In this document: positions 9,652 through 19,800 of the stretch, piece by piece
How the letters are laid out: every line of letters starts with the position of its first letter
How positions within the stretch are numbered: the stretch's first letter is position 1
Origin: Cyanobacteria bacterium P01_A01_bin.123
Lineage (GTDB): Bacteria; Cyanobacteriota; Cyanobacteriia; Phormidesmidales; Phormidesmidaceae
Direction of reading: 5' to 3'
DNA: 64,000 bases
Assembly (NCBI GenBank): GCA_039815185.1
Contig: JBCBZT010000015.1
Coordinates: 74,403-138,402, forward strand
Position numbers and translations under genes: made by a program
The notes under the pieces: model-generated
What the model was told of the DNA's origin: nothing
Database searches by the model: none
Seen by the model: only the letters and a program-made list of their open reading frames with translations

Positions 9652-10085
9652 AACAGTTACCTCTTCTAGGTTGATGGAAATCAAGCGCCAAAAGCTGTCA
9701 AAAGCGATGCAAGTTTCAGAATCTTCCACAATTGGAAATCTTACCTTTCGACATCCATTGACTTCACCTAAATCCTAAGGCAATTTATCTTCTATGTTGG
9801 CTATAGCTAATATTCTTCACAGCTTAGGGGTAGCCGCAGCCTTTTTTAATGAAGAAAGATTTATTAGTTTAAATGATTATCACAGCGTAACCACGCCATG
9901 CTTAACTCACGTTAATTCCAAAGTTATAGACGTAGTTTGAAGAGCCTATACTACAGAATAGATAACCCTACATCAATAAAGTTCCAGAGATTGTCATCAT
10001 GACTGATACAGTCTCTCCATTGGTGGTTTAGTCTGAGCTTGCCAAGCATAACCTTAGCTGTCATAAAAGGCGCTGGAGTTTTTCT

Positions 10086-10619
10086 ATGTTTAAAAAAATA
10101 TTGGTTGCTGTCGATGATTCCGAAATTACCCCCGATTTAGTCAGTCGCGCGATCGCATTAGCCAAAGCGACCCATGCCCATCTCAAATTTTTAACCGTAC
10201 TGTATCCGATCAGTGTCGGCTACCCAAACCCGATTGATCTGACTGTAGACGGTATACCCTCAACGGTCTCTACCGAAGCCTTTCAGCGCTACCTGGACAC
10301 CTGGAAGCAAGCTCAAGCTGAATCCTTAAATCGGCTAGTCAATTGGGTTAAACAAGCTGAGACCGCCGGGGTTGAAGCCAGTTATGAACAAGAATTGGGA
10401 GAGCCGAGTCGGCTCATCTGTGACATTGCCGCCTATTGGCAAGCTGATGTTATTTTGATCGGGCGACGGGGTCGGGTTGGCATTAGCGAATTGCTGCTGG
10501 GCAGCGTCAGCAACGCCGTCATGCACCATGCCTCCTGCTCTGTGTTGACTATCCAAGGACACACCAGCCGCTCATCTCCCTCGACAGTCACTGCCGAACA
10601 AACTGCAACTGTTGAGTGA
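10086..10619 (+). CDS. Universal stress protein (UspA family)
   Basis: KKILVAVD N-terminus, G.RG......LLGSVS..V.HHA.CSVL. Confidence 0.93.
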   Translation: MFKKILVAVDDSEITPDLVSRAIALAKATHAHLKFLTVLYPISVGYPNPIDLTVDGIPSTVSTEAFQRYLDTWKQAQAESLNRLVNWVKQAETAGVEASYEQELGEPSRLICDIAAYWQADVILIGRRGRVGISELLLGSVSNAVMHHASCSVLTIQGHTSRSSPSTVTAEQTATVE

Positions 10620-10695
10620 GTCATTGGGTAGGTTAGGCTGGTCGGGGTATGGTTAATCTTTCTGATTCTTTTATTTACTGGAAAGTGCGGGTTTC

Positions 10696-12009
10696 ATGCG
10701 GCTACTTTGCATCAGTCATGGTTATGCAGAAGACAGGGCTGCACTGAAAGTTTTGGAAGCGCTGCGCCATCTGCCCCAAGCCCCTGAGCTTTTTGCCCTG
10801 CCTCTGGTTGGCTCGGGACAGGGCTACCTCAATGCAGGCATACCCGTAATTGGCCCAGCCCAGGATCTAGAGCCGGCTCGCCGAACCTATGCGAAAGGGG
10901 ATGACCGTGGGCAAGCTCTGGGCCAGGGCTTCAGGAGTTTGCCAGGGCTTCTGGCTCAGTTTCAGGCCGTGAGGCAATGGGCTAAGACGGGACAAGGGAT
11001 TTTAGCGGTTGGCGGTTGGTTCCCATTAATGTTGGCTTGGGCCAGTGGTTTGCCCTACAGCGTTGTAGATACCACCAAATCAGACTATTGTTTTCGAGAT
11101 GAAGCCGGTAACTTATCTAAACGTCCTGGGGGCGCTAGGCTAGCGACCTGGGCCAAATCTGTTTACTTACCTTGGGAACGCTGGCTGCTGAGTCGGCCCC
11201 GTTGTCGGGGAGTTTTTGTCCGAGACGCGTTGACCGAAGCGGGGTTGAAGCGTTGGCCCATACCCGTGATGCATTTGGGGAACCCGGTCATGGATGGGTT
11301 GCAGCCCACCAGTAAAGGTTCGCTGGTGCCCATGGCCGCCTTGCCAGAAGAAAAGCAACTTTTGACCGGAGTCCTATTACCGGGGGAGCGATCGCCGGAG
11401 GTACAGCAAAACTGGAACCGCATTTTAGACGCCATTCAAGGGTTAATGCGGGGGAAAACCGAGCGGGTGCGACTGCTGGCGGCGATCGCCTCTGACCTCA
11501 ATTTAACCCCGTTTCGAGAAGCTTTATTGAAGCGGGGGTGGCACCTGCACCCTTCCAATCTGCCCATTCCTGACAGCACGGGCATGGTGATGGCAACGGT
11601 ACACCAAGTTGCCACCTACCCGACCTATACCTATGGCAAAGCTACCCTGGCGCTAGTGCAGAATGCTTTTCCAGACTGTTTGCACCAGGCCGACTTTGCG
11701 ATTTCCATGGCTAGCACTGCCACCGAGCAATTCGTGGGTTTAGGTAAACCTGCCATTACCCTAGTGGGAGATGGCCCCCTTTTTACCTTGCCCTTTGCCC
11801 AGGCCCAGGCGCGGTTATTGGGCCCCTCAGTCATTTTGGTGAAGCAACCTGAGGAAGTCGGGCCTGCCATGCGATCGCTGCTGCAAGACCCCGATCATCT
11901 ACAAATGATTAGCGACAACGGTAAGCGGCGGTTGGGGCCCCCCGGTGCCACCTACCGCATTGCCCAGGCCTTGATGGAAAAAATGGGCTGGGCTGAGGCG
12001 TTAACTTAA
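10696..12009 (+). CDS. Lipid-A-disaccharide synthase-related GT-B protein
   Basis: LCISHGYAED, LPLVG.G, GNPVMD, LLPG.R..E, ATEQFVGLGKP typical of this cyanobacterial family. Confidence 0.8.
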   Translation: MRLLCISHGYAEDRAALKVLEALRHLPQAPELFALPLVGSGQGYLNAGIPVIGPAQDLEPARRTYAKGDDRGQALGQGFRSLPGLLAQFQAVRQWAKTGQGILAVGGWFPLMLAWASGLPYSVVDTTKSDYCFRDEAGNLSKRPGGARLATWAKSVYLPWERWLLSRPRCRGVFVRDALTEAGLKRWPIPVMHLGNPVMDGLQPTSKGSLVPMAALPEEKQLLTGVLLPGERSPEVQQNWNRILDAIQGLMRGKTERVRLLAAIASDLNLTPFREALLKRGWHLHPSNLPIPDSTGMVMATVHQVATYPTYTYGKATLALVQNAFPDCLHQADFAISMASTATEQFVGLGKPAITLVGDGPLFTLPFAQAQARLLGPSVILVKQPEEVGPAMRSLLQDPDHLQMISDNGKRRLGPPGATYRIAQALMEKMGWAEALT

Positions 12010-12422
12010 AATCTTCTGCCAAAGCCAAAGGACGGATCGCCCATGGTGTCGTAGAAAGTCAAGCCCAAGGGTAAATTAACATCGCCGTTGTCGTCCACCA
12101 AATTATCAATCAACGCGTCTAACTCTGGAGACCCCAAGGCATCCAGAATGTCAGGCTCCGTATCTGCTTCCCCTCGGATTGAACGGTTAATCTGACTCGC
12201 AACTGTAGTGGTCAAAGTGGCATCGGTTTCAATTTCCATTTCCCGCATTTCTAGGGGATACAGCACTGCTGCTGAGTTGGATTGTGGCTGCGTCGAAGTT
12301 TGGGGTGTATCGGCCCAAGCCGGAACCGCTATCCCCACGACTATACCCATCGCTAGGGTAGAACAGGTTGCAGCTACAGACGCCGTGATTGGAAATGCCG
12401 TCGAGGGGAATGCAAAGTTCAT
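12006..12422 (-). CDS. Hypothetical secreted protein
   Basis: Signal-like N-terminus ending PAWA, acidic body, C-terminal Phe. Confidence 0.6.
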   Translation of the reverse strand: MNFAFPSTAFPITASVAATCSTLAMGIVVGIAVPAWADTPQTSTQPQSNSAAVLYPLEMREMEIETDATLTTTVASQINRSIRGEADTEPDILDALGSPELDALIDNLVDDNGDVNLPLGLTFYDTMGDPSFGFGRRF

Positions 12423-12892
12423 TAGGGTACTCCCTTACAGAATTGGCGTTAACACATGGATCTTTGATCGCGCGGGTAGTGCTGCCCGTTCACTCCTGTT
12501 TGGAAATCGAGTCAATGGATAATGAGACTCAATGGGTAAATGACTGTCTTATCTATTCGTACCCAGCTTCACCTAACACTCAACATTTCCTAGGCAAGTT
12601 GGCAAGAATCTTAATTGGCCTGGCAACATCCCAACATTCGCGTGGTCAGGCTTAAAACTTTATGTAAAACTTCAGGGCCTTATATCTCTGATGGCAAAAT
12701 TCAAGACTGAAAGCGGCATTTTATGCCCTTAGCTTAAGAAACATGGGGCTTAGCGAATATGCGATCGCTGCAAACGCATCAACTTGATTGTCCCTTGACT
12801 AAACGCTGACTTTCATCCCCCATAGGTATGCATTCCTGTCTAGGGGGCTTCAATATATATTGAGAAACCTCAACCCTGTGTCACGGTGGTTT

Positions 12893-12907
12893 ATAACTTT
12901 TAGTTAT
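12893..12907. promoter_or_regulatory. Candidate LysR-type (CbbR/RbcR-like) site upstream of rbcL
   Basis: ATAAC-N5-GTTAT inverted repeat fitting T-N11-A. Confidence 0.35.
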
Positions 12908-13172
12908 GAATATATACAGATCTTCCAAAACCAGACTTATTAGTTAGCTGATAGTATTCTTAGTGCAGAAGGTACTGCATAGAGCTGAAGTTTAAGTGGG
13001 GCGGCTATTATAGGTTTTGCCCTGTTTTAAGTTGCCTATTTAAGGCCTGTTTGTTTCGAACACCTACCCAGCGCTTACCTCAGGTTTCCAGCCACATTTG
13101 GCCTGTTGAATTCCTTGGGTTGAGGTGTGGAGGGTTCGTGCGTGGTTTTGTTGGATTCACAGGAAGGGAGAT

Positions 13173-14603
13173 ATGTCTTACTCGCAGACATCGACTCAGT
13201 CAAAGGCTGGATATAATGCCGGGGTTCAGGATTACAAACTGACCTACTACACTCCGGATTACACACCTAAAGATACGGATATTTTGGCCGCATTCCGGAT
13301 GACCCCACAGCCAGGGGTACCGCCAGAAGAGTGTGCAGCAGCAGTTGCAGCAGAATCCTCCACAGGTACTTGGACCACCGTATGGACTGACCTTTTAACC
13401 GATATGGATCGGTATAAGGGGCGTTGCTATGACATCGAGCCAGTGCCTGGCGAAGATAATCAATACATTTGCTACGTTGCCTATCCGTTGGATTTGTTTG
13501 AAGAAGGTTCAGTTACTAACTTATTAACCTCCTTAGTCGGCAACGTGTTTGGGTTTAAGGCCCTGCGCGCCCTGCGTCTAGAAGATTTGCGGATTCCGGT
13601 TGCTTACCTCAAGACGTTCCAGGGACCGCCCCACGGGATTCAAGTTGAGCGCGACAAGATCAACAAGTATGGCCGTCCCCTCCTGGGCTGCACCATTAAG
13701 CCCAAGTTGGGTCTGTCTGCTAAGAACTATGGCCGCGCGGTTTATGAGTGTCTGCGGGGCGGGTTGGACTTCACTAAGGATGACGAGAACATCAACTCCC
13801 AGCCTTTCCAGCGCTGGCGCGATCGCTTCTTGTTCGTTGCTGATGCCATCCATAAGTCTCAGGCAGAGACCGGCGAAATCAAAGGTCACTACTTAAACGT
13901 GACTGCTGCCACCTGCGACGAAATGATGAAGCGGGCCGAGTTTGCCAAGGAACTCGAAATGCCCATTGTCATGCATGACTTCTTGACTGCGGGTTTCACA
14001 GCGAACACCACCCTGTCTCACTGGTGCCGTGACAATGGTTTGCTGCTGCATATTCACCGTGCCATGCACGCAGTCATTGACCGTCAGAAGAACCACGGTA
14101 TTCACTTCCGCGTTTTGGCTAAGTGCTTGCGCATGTCTGGGGGTGACCACATTCACACCGGTACTGTGGTGGGTAAGCTTGAAGGTGACCGGGCTGGCAC
14201 CTTAGGTTTTGTTGACCTCCTTCGCGAAAACTACATTGAGCAAGACAAGTCTCGTGGGGTTTACTTCACCCAAGACTGGGCTTCGATGGGCGGCGTCATG
14301 GCTGTCGCTTCCGGTGGTATCCACGTCTGGCACATGCCTGCGTTGGTTGAAATCTTCGGCGATGACTCTGTTCTCCAATTTGGCGGTGGTACACTGGGTC
14401 ACCCTTGGGGGAATGCACCGGGTGCAACCGCTAACCGCGTAGCTTTGGAAGCCTGTGTTCAGGCCCGTAACGAAGGTCGCAACCTGGCCCGTGAAGGTGG
14501 CGATATTATTCGTGAAGCCTGCAAGTGGTCTCCTGAGTTGGCGGCAGCTTGCGAACTTTGGAAAGAAATCAAGTTCGAATTCGAGACTGTGGACACGATC
14601 TAA
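13173..14603 (+). CDS. rbcL: RuBisCO large subunit, form IB
   Basis: [23 protein letters not shown] 13173 behind GGGAG gives 476 aa. Confidence 0.99.
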   Translation: MSYSQTSTQSKAGYNAGVQDYKLTYYTPDYTPKDTDILAAFRMTPQPGVPPEECAAAVAAESSTGTWTTVWTDLLTDMDRYKGRCYDIEPVPGEDNQYICYVAYPLDLFEEGSVTNLLTSLVGNVFGFKALRALRLEDLRIPVAYLKTFQGPPHGIQVERDKINKYGRPLLGCTIKPKLGLSAKNYGRAVYECLRGGLDFTKDDENINSQPFQRWRDRFLFVADAIHKSQAETGEIKGHYLNVTAATCDEMMKRAEFAKELEMPIVMHDFLTAGFTANTTLSHWCRDNGLLLHIHRAMHAVIDRQKNHGIHFRVLAKCLRMSGGDHIHTGTVVGKLEGDRAGTLGFVDLLRENYIEQDKSRGVYFTQDWASMGGVMAVASGGIHVWHMPALVEIFGDDSVLQFGGGTLGHPWGNAPGATANRVALEACVQARNEGRNLAREGGDIIREACKWSPELAAACELWKEIKFEFETVDTI

Positions 14604-14609
14604 TGCCCC

Positions 14610-14647
14610 TATTTGGGATGGCAGTCTTCAAATTGCCATCCCAAATA
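14610..14647 (+). other. Intercistronic stem-loop after rbcL
   Basis: TATTTGGGATGGCAGT / ATTGCCATCCCAAATA, no T tract. Confidence 0.7.
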
Positions 14648-14778
14648 CTGGAGCTCACATTGCTTTTGTGCTGAGGTAATCTCCATTTACCGAATGTTAT
14701 CGGCAGTGTGCCTACAGCTACAAATAAGCGGTTGATATTCGCTTTAATGTCGGTTAATCCCTCATTGGAGAGTAACCT

Positions 14779-15192
14779 ATGGATCTCAAGCGAATTGCTA
14801 AAGATACGGCAAAGGTGCTAACGAGCTACTTAACCTATCAAGCGGTTCGCACGGTCATGATGCAGCTCCGGGAAACCAATGTTCCATTATCCTATCGGCT
14901 CAACGAGTTTGCGACTCGCGATAAGTTACAGGATGGTGAAGTTTTCCTCGAAGACTTGTTTCAAGAGCAGCCGGAATTGGCATTACGGGTCATGACGGTA
15001 CGCCTTCATCTTGCGGAAGAAGTTGCAGAATTTCTCCCAGAGATGGTGACGACAGGGATTCAACAAGCCAATATGGAACACCAGAAAAAGCATTTAGAGC
15101 GAATTACCGGCATGTCTGTTCGGTCAACTGCAACGGAACCGTCGTCGGAACCCGATATCTCTAATCGAGAAGCGGACGATCCGTCGGATTGA
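14779..15192 (+). CDS. rbcX: RuBisCO assembly chaperone RbcX
   Basis: IAKDTAKVL.SYLTYQAV, position between rbcL and rbcS. Confidence 0.97.
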   Translation: MDLKRIAKDTAKVLTSYLTYQAVRTVMMQLRETNVPLSYRLNEFATRDKLQDGEVFLEDLFQEQPELALRVMTVRLHLAEEVAEFLPEMVTTGIQQANMEHQKKHLERITGMSVRSTATEPSSEPDISNREADDPSD

Positions 15193-15247
15193 CTCAACTT
15201 TCTCTAGAAAGTTTCTCACTGTAAACTGACATCTTGCGAACGAAATT

Positions 15248-15595
15248 ATGAAAACTCTGCCAAAAGAGCGTCGTTACGAAACGCTGTCCTATTTGCCCCC
15301 GTTAACTGACGCCCAAATCGAAAGACAAATTCAGTACATTCTTGCCCAGGGTTATTTCCCAGCAATTGAGTTCAACGAAACATCTGATCCTGAAGTTTAT
15401 TATTGGACGATGTGGAAATTGCCGTTGTTCAACGTTAAAAGCACTCGCGAAGTTTTGGACGAAGTTCAAGCTTGCCGCTCTGAGTATCCCAATTGTTTTA
15501 TTCGCGTTGTTGGGTTTGATAATGTTAAGCAGTGCCAAATCCTCAGTTTCATCGTGCACAAGCCTGGGTCTAGTAGCAGCGGTTATCGCTATTAA
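15248..15595 (+). CDS. rbcS: RuBisCO small subunit
   Basis: [29 protein letters not shown]. Confidence 0.99.
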   Translation: MKTLPKERRYETLSYLPPLTDAQIERQIQYILAQGYFPAIEFNETSDPEVYYWTMWKLPLFNVKSTREVLDEVQACRSEYPNCFIRVVGFDNVKQCQILSFIVHKPGSSSSGYRY

Positions 15596-15669
15596 ATCTT
15601 GTCAAAGTCAATGTGTGAGCAACTCACGCGAACGCTTTTGTTGAGCGGTTAGTACGAATGACTAGTGCT

Positions 15670-15698
15670 AAAGGGTGAACTTTGGTTCACCCTTTTTT
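15670..15698 (+). terminator. rbcLXS terminator
   Basis: AAAGGGTGAAC-TTTG-GTTCACCCTTT plus T tract. Confidence 0.85.
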
Positions 15699-15937
15699 AT
15701 GCGAGAGTTTCCTCTTGTAGTGTATTAATATATCTACCTGCTTTTTTAGAACCGTCATGACCTATAGTCGATAATCGCGACAGAGAACATCTCGGACGGG
15801 ATATCGCGCGGAGCAAACGAATATTAAGCAACAGGCCCATTGATCATGGTAACTACTTTGATATAAAAGGTATTGCTAAGAAAATAGCTTGTGAAATCAT
15901 TCAATATTAACCCGTTGCTACAAATGGATTGGTGGCT

Positions 15938-16714
15938 ATGGCGCGATCGCATGTTTTATTTTCTCTGCTGTTGTCGCCCTCATTTATGTTGATTGGGTGT
16001 CAACCCCCCGCGCTCGTCGCCATCACATCACGACCCTTAGGCATCTCCTTTGAGGCAGCATTGCTCAAGGTGCCTGACACCTTTTACCCCACCCCTTCTG
16101 CCGAAGACAAAGCTAGAGCAGCCGCTTTGCGTGCTGAGGGTATTGCGCTGCGTAATCAGGGCCAGCGTGAGGCGGCGATCGCCACCCTACAAGAATCGGT
16201 AACGCTTGACTCTGAAGCCCTGGATGGATACGTCATTTTAGGTTGGACTCAACATTTAGCCGCTCAGCGCGAGGCTGCCGCTGCTACCCTACTTAAAGCC
16301 CTGAATCGAGATGCCAATCACGTCCCGGCCTTGAATGCCCTAGGCATTGTTTACTTAGTCGATGGTCAGCTTGAGGCTGCGGTCGAAACCCACCAACAAG
16401 CCCAAACGCTCACCCCAGACAACGAAATCGCAGCCTACAATCTCAGCCTGGCCTACCAGCGCTTACAAACCCTCGACCAAGCCATTGAACAGGCCAATCG
16501 AGCTACCCAGCTGGAACCCAATAACCCTCATCCCTGGGTGGCTTTAGCGATCGCGTATTACAGCAACAACAACATCGACCAAGCCCGGCAAGCCTATGGT
16601 CAAGCCCTACGGTTAGATGGTCGCTATGGCGATCGCAGCTTTTTAAGCCATCTTGAACAAGCTGGATTTAGTCCAGAACAAATTGAACTGACTTATGAAG
16701 TTGCTGGACTGTAA
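15938..16714 (+). CDS. TPR-repeat protein, probable lipoprotein
   Basis: LIGC lipobox-like signal; repeated TPR helices (ALNALG, AYNLS, PWVALA). Confidence 0.85.
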   Translation: MARSHVLFSLLLSPSFMLIGCQPPALVAITSRPLGISFEAALLKVPDTFYPTPSAEDKARAAALRAEGIALRNQGQREAAIATLQESVTLDSEALDGYVILGWTQHLAAQREAAAATLLKALNRDANHVPALNALGIVYLVDGQLEAAVETHQQAQTLTPDNEIAAYNLSLAYQRLQTLDQAIEQANRATQLEPNNPHPWVALAIAYYSNNNIDQARQAYGQALRLDGRYGDRSFLSHLEQAGFSPEQIELTYEVAGL

Positions 16715-16842
16715 CCCTACTCCTCCTGATTCGACCTTTATTCCTTTATTTCCAAAAACTTTATCCTCTGACGCTCTCCCGAACTTAAGTTTTTTATCCT
16801 AGGAGGTAATAATTAAGTGGAAAGTGAAGTCTTCATATCTAT

Positions 16843-19800
16843 ATGCACCTTCGTTCTACGGCGCTCACTCCAGTCGAACTCAAGTTTTCAATTGTTCAGG
16901 ATCTCTTTGTAGTTTCGCCTGATACGTCGGTGATGACGGCGATCGCTGAAATGAGTCGCGTTCACCCAGGAGCATCAGACTGCCCCCCCGCTGAAACAGC
17001 AGATGGGCAACGGGAAGGCCTTCATCGAGAAACGCAGGCAAGCTGTGTAGTAGTAGCGACCAACGAGCAGTTCATGGGGCTGCTAACGGAGCGAGAGTTA
17101 CTCTGCTTAAGTGTCCAGCATTCGACTCTTGAGCACTTGTTACTCAGAGAGGTCGTTGTACCGCCAGCCGTCATTTTGCGTGAGTCTGACTTTACGACTG
17201 TCTCATCTGCCCTTGACTTGCTTGAGCAATATCCGATTCATCATTTACCCATTGTCAACGACCAGGGGCAGTTGGTGGGCGTGGTGACCTGTGCAAGCTT
17301 ACGCCAAACGGTACTGACTCACCAATTAAATCGATCGCAACATCACGAAGCTGTGATCGCCGAAGTGGCCCTGCGAATTCGGCAGCACGTTGGGTTAGAT
17401 ACCATTTCAACCGCCATCGTGCAGGAGGTGCAAAAGGTTCTAGGCGCAGATCGAGTCATTGTCTATCGATTCAACCCTGATATGAGCGGCACGATTGTTG
17501 CTGAAGCTATCGTGCCCCCATGGACACCTTGCCTAGATGTTCAGATCATTGACACCTGTTTTCAAGACAATCTGGGTGGGGCCTACCAACAGGGCCGAGT
17601 CTCGACCATCTCAGATATCTATGCTGCCAACCTGACAGACTGCCATTTGCAAATGCTGGCCCAGTTTCAGGTACGGGCCAACCTCGTGGTGCCGATTTTG
17701 TTGCCGGAGGCTGAGACCCAACCGCTTTGGGGCCTGTTGATTGTACATCAGTGCATTGGCCCCCGACAGTGGGCGGTGAGAGAGATTCGCCTGCTTCAAC
17801 AGCTATCGGTACAGTTGGCCATTGCCCTACAGCAGGCTGAACTCTATCAATCGCTGCAAACGCTCAATGCCTCCCTAGAGGAGAAAGTTGAGGCTCGCAC
17901 CCAAGCCCTGCATGCCCTAGCTAAACGGGAGCGAATACTGGCTGACACGGCAACCCGTATTCGCTCCTCACTCGAACTTCAGGTGATTATGGAGACGACG
18001 GTGCAGGAAATTCACTCCCTTCTCAAGTGCGATCGCGTCAACATTTGGCAATTTGAAGCTGACTGGCAGCTACGGGTGGTGGCTGAGTCCACCGACTCCA
18101 TAATGTCTCTGTTGGGTGAAAGGGTTCAAGATACCTGCCTGCAAGACTACAACGAAGTTTACCGTCAGGGGCGGGTCCGCGTTGTGCCAGATATCTACGC
18201 CACAGAAATGTCGGACTGTCACCGGGAGCTGCTAATCCGTCTCCAAACCCGGGCCAAAATTTTGGTGCCGCTTCTATGTGGGGATCAGCTGTGGGGGGTG
18301 CTGAATGTGAGTGAAAGTCAATCTGCCCGTGATTGGCAACCAGAAGAAATAGATCTACTAAAAGCGTTATCGGTGCAGCTCGCGATCGCGCTGCAACAAG
18401 CCACGATCCACCAGCAGTTACAGGAAGAACTGGAGATTCGACGGCAGACCGAAGCGCGTTTGCTAAAGAGCGAAGCCCACCATCGAGCTTTAGTCAGTGC
18501 GTTGCCTGACTTAATTATGCGTATGAACCGCGAAGGCATCTATCTGGAGTGCAGAGCCAATCCTAACTTTCAGGTCGTGGGCGATCGAGTGGAAATGATC
18601 GGAGCTCATGTATCAAACATTCTGCCGCCTGAAGCTGCGCAAAAACGCTTAGCGTCTATCCAGCTAGCGCTGCAAACTAATGCTGTCCAGATTTACGAAC
18701 ACGGCCTTTTAATTGATGGCAGAACCCAAACCGAAGAGATTCGGGTCATCCCCTACGACAAGGACGAAGTATTGCTGCTAGTGCGCGACATTAGCGATCG
18801 CAAGCGGGCTGAGCGCCAATTGCAAGATCTGATTGCGGGGACAGCCGCTACTACAGGCCAAAACTTCTTTCCGGCGTTAGTGAGTCACCTCGCAACAGCC
18901 CTAGAGGTTACCTATGTCTCAGTCACTCAACAGGTTGAGGGGCAACTCCAAACCTTAGCCGTTTGGGTCAACGGTGGCTTGCAGCCTGATTTTTCATACC
19001 AACTCGCAAAAACGCCCTGCGAACAGACCCTGCGAAACGGCAAGTTTTATTGCGAATCCTCGCTCCAGCAGCGCTTCCCTGAAAATACAGATTTGGTTGC
19101 GTTGGGGGCCGAGAGCTATTTGGGCATTGCCTTGTGCAATAACCAAGGCCAAGCTATTGGTAGCCTATGCATTCTTGATCAAAAACCGATTCAAGATCCA
19201 ACATGGGCAGAAGAAATTCTACGCGTATTTGCAGCCCGCGCTGCCGCTGAACTAGAACGCCAACGGGCCAGTATCCTACTAGAGCAGCTCAATCAAGATC
19301 TCGAAGCCAAAGTTGAAGCCCGCACGGTTGCCTTGCAGATTAGCGGAGCTCAGATGCGCGCCATGATCTCAGCCGTCCCCGACTTACTTTTGCGAGTCAG
19401 ACCCGATGGCACCTGTTTGGAATACCGTGCTTCCCATAGTCGGTTCGGTGACTTTCTGCCCATTGAGCGGTATATCTCAGAGGTTTTACCCCCCGCATTA
19501 TTGCAGCAGCAACTGGACAGGGTTAAGCAAGCGATCGCGACCGATACGCTGCAAGTCTATGAACATCAAGTTGAGATAGGGGGTTGCCTAGTTTACGAAG
19601 AGATTCGGATTAGCAAAATCAGCCCAGACGAAGCCTTGGTCATTGTGCGAGATATTACCGATCGCAAACAGGCTGAGACTGCCCTATCTGAATCTGAACA
19701 GTTCATTCAAACAGTGCTTAATACTATCCCCATCCCTGTATTTTGGAAAAACCGAAACTCCGTCTTTTTGGGCTGTAATCAGCAATTTGTCAGTGCTATG

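Noticed and set aside
13125..13172. N-terminal extension of RbcL
   Set aside because: ATG 13173 has the RBS and gives the canonical length
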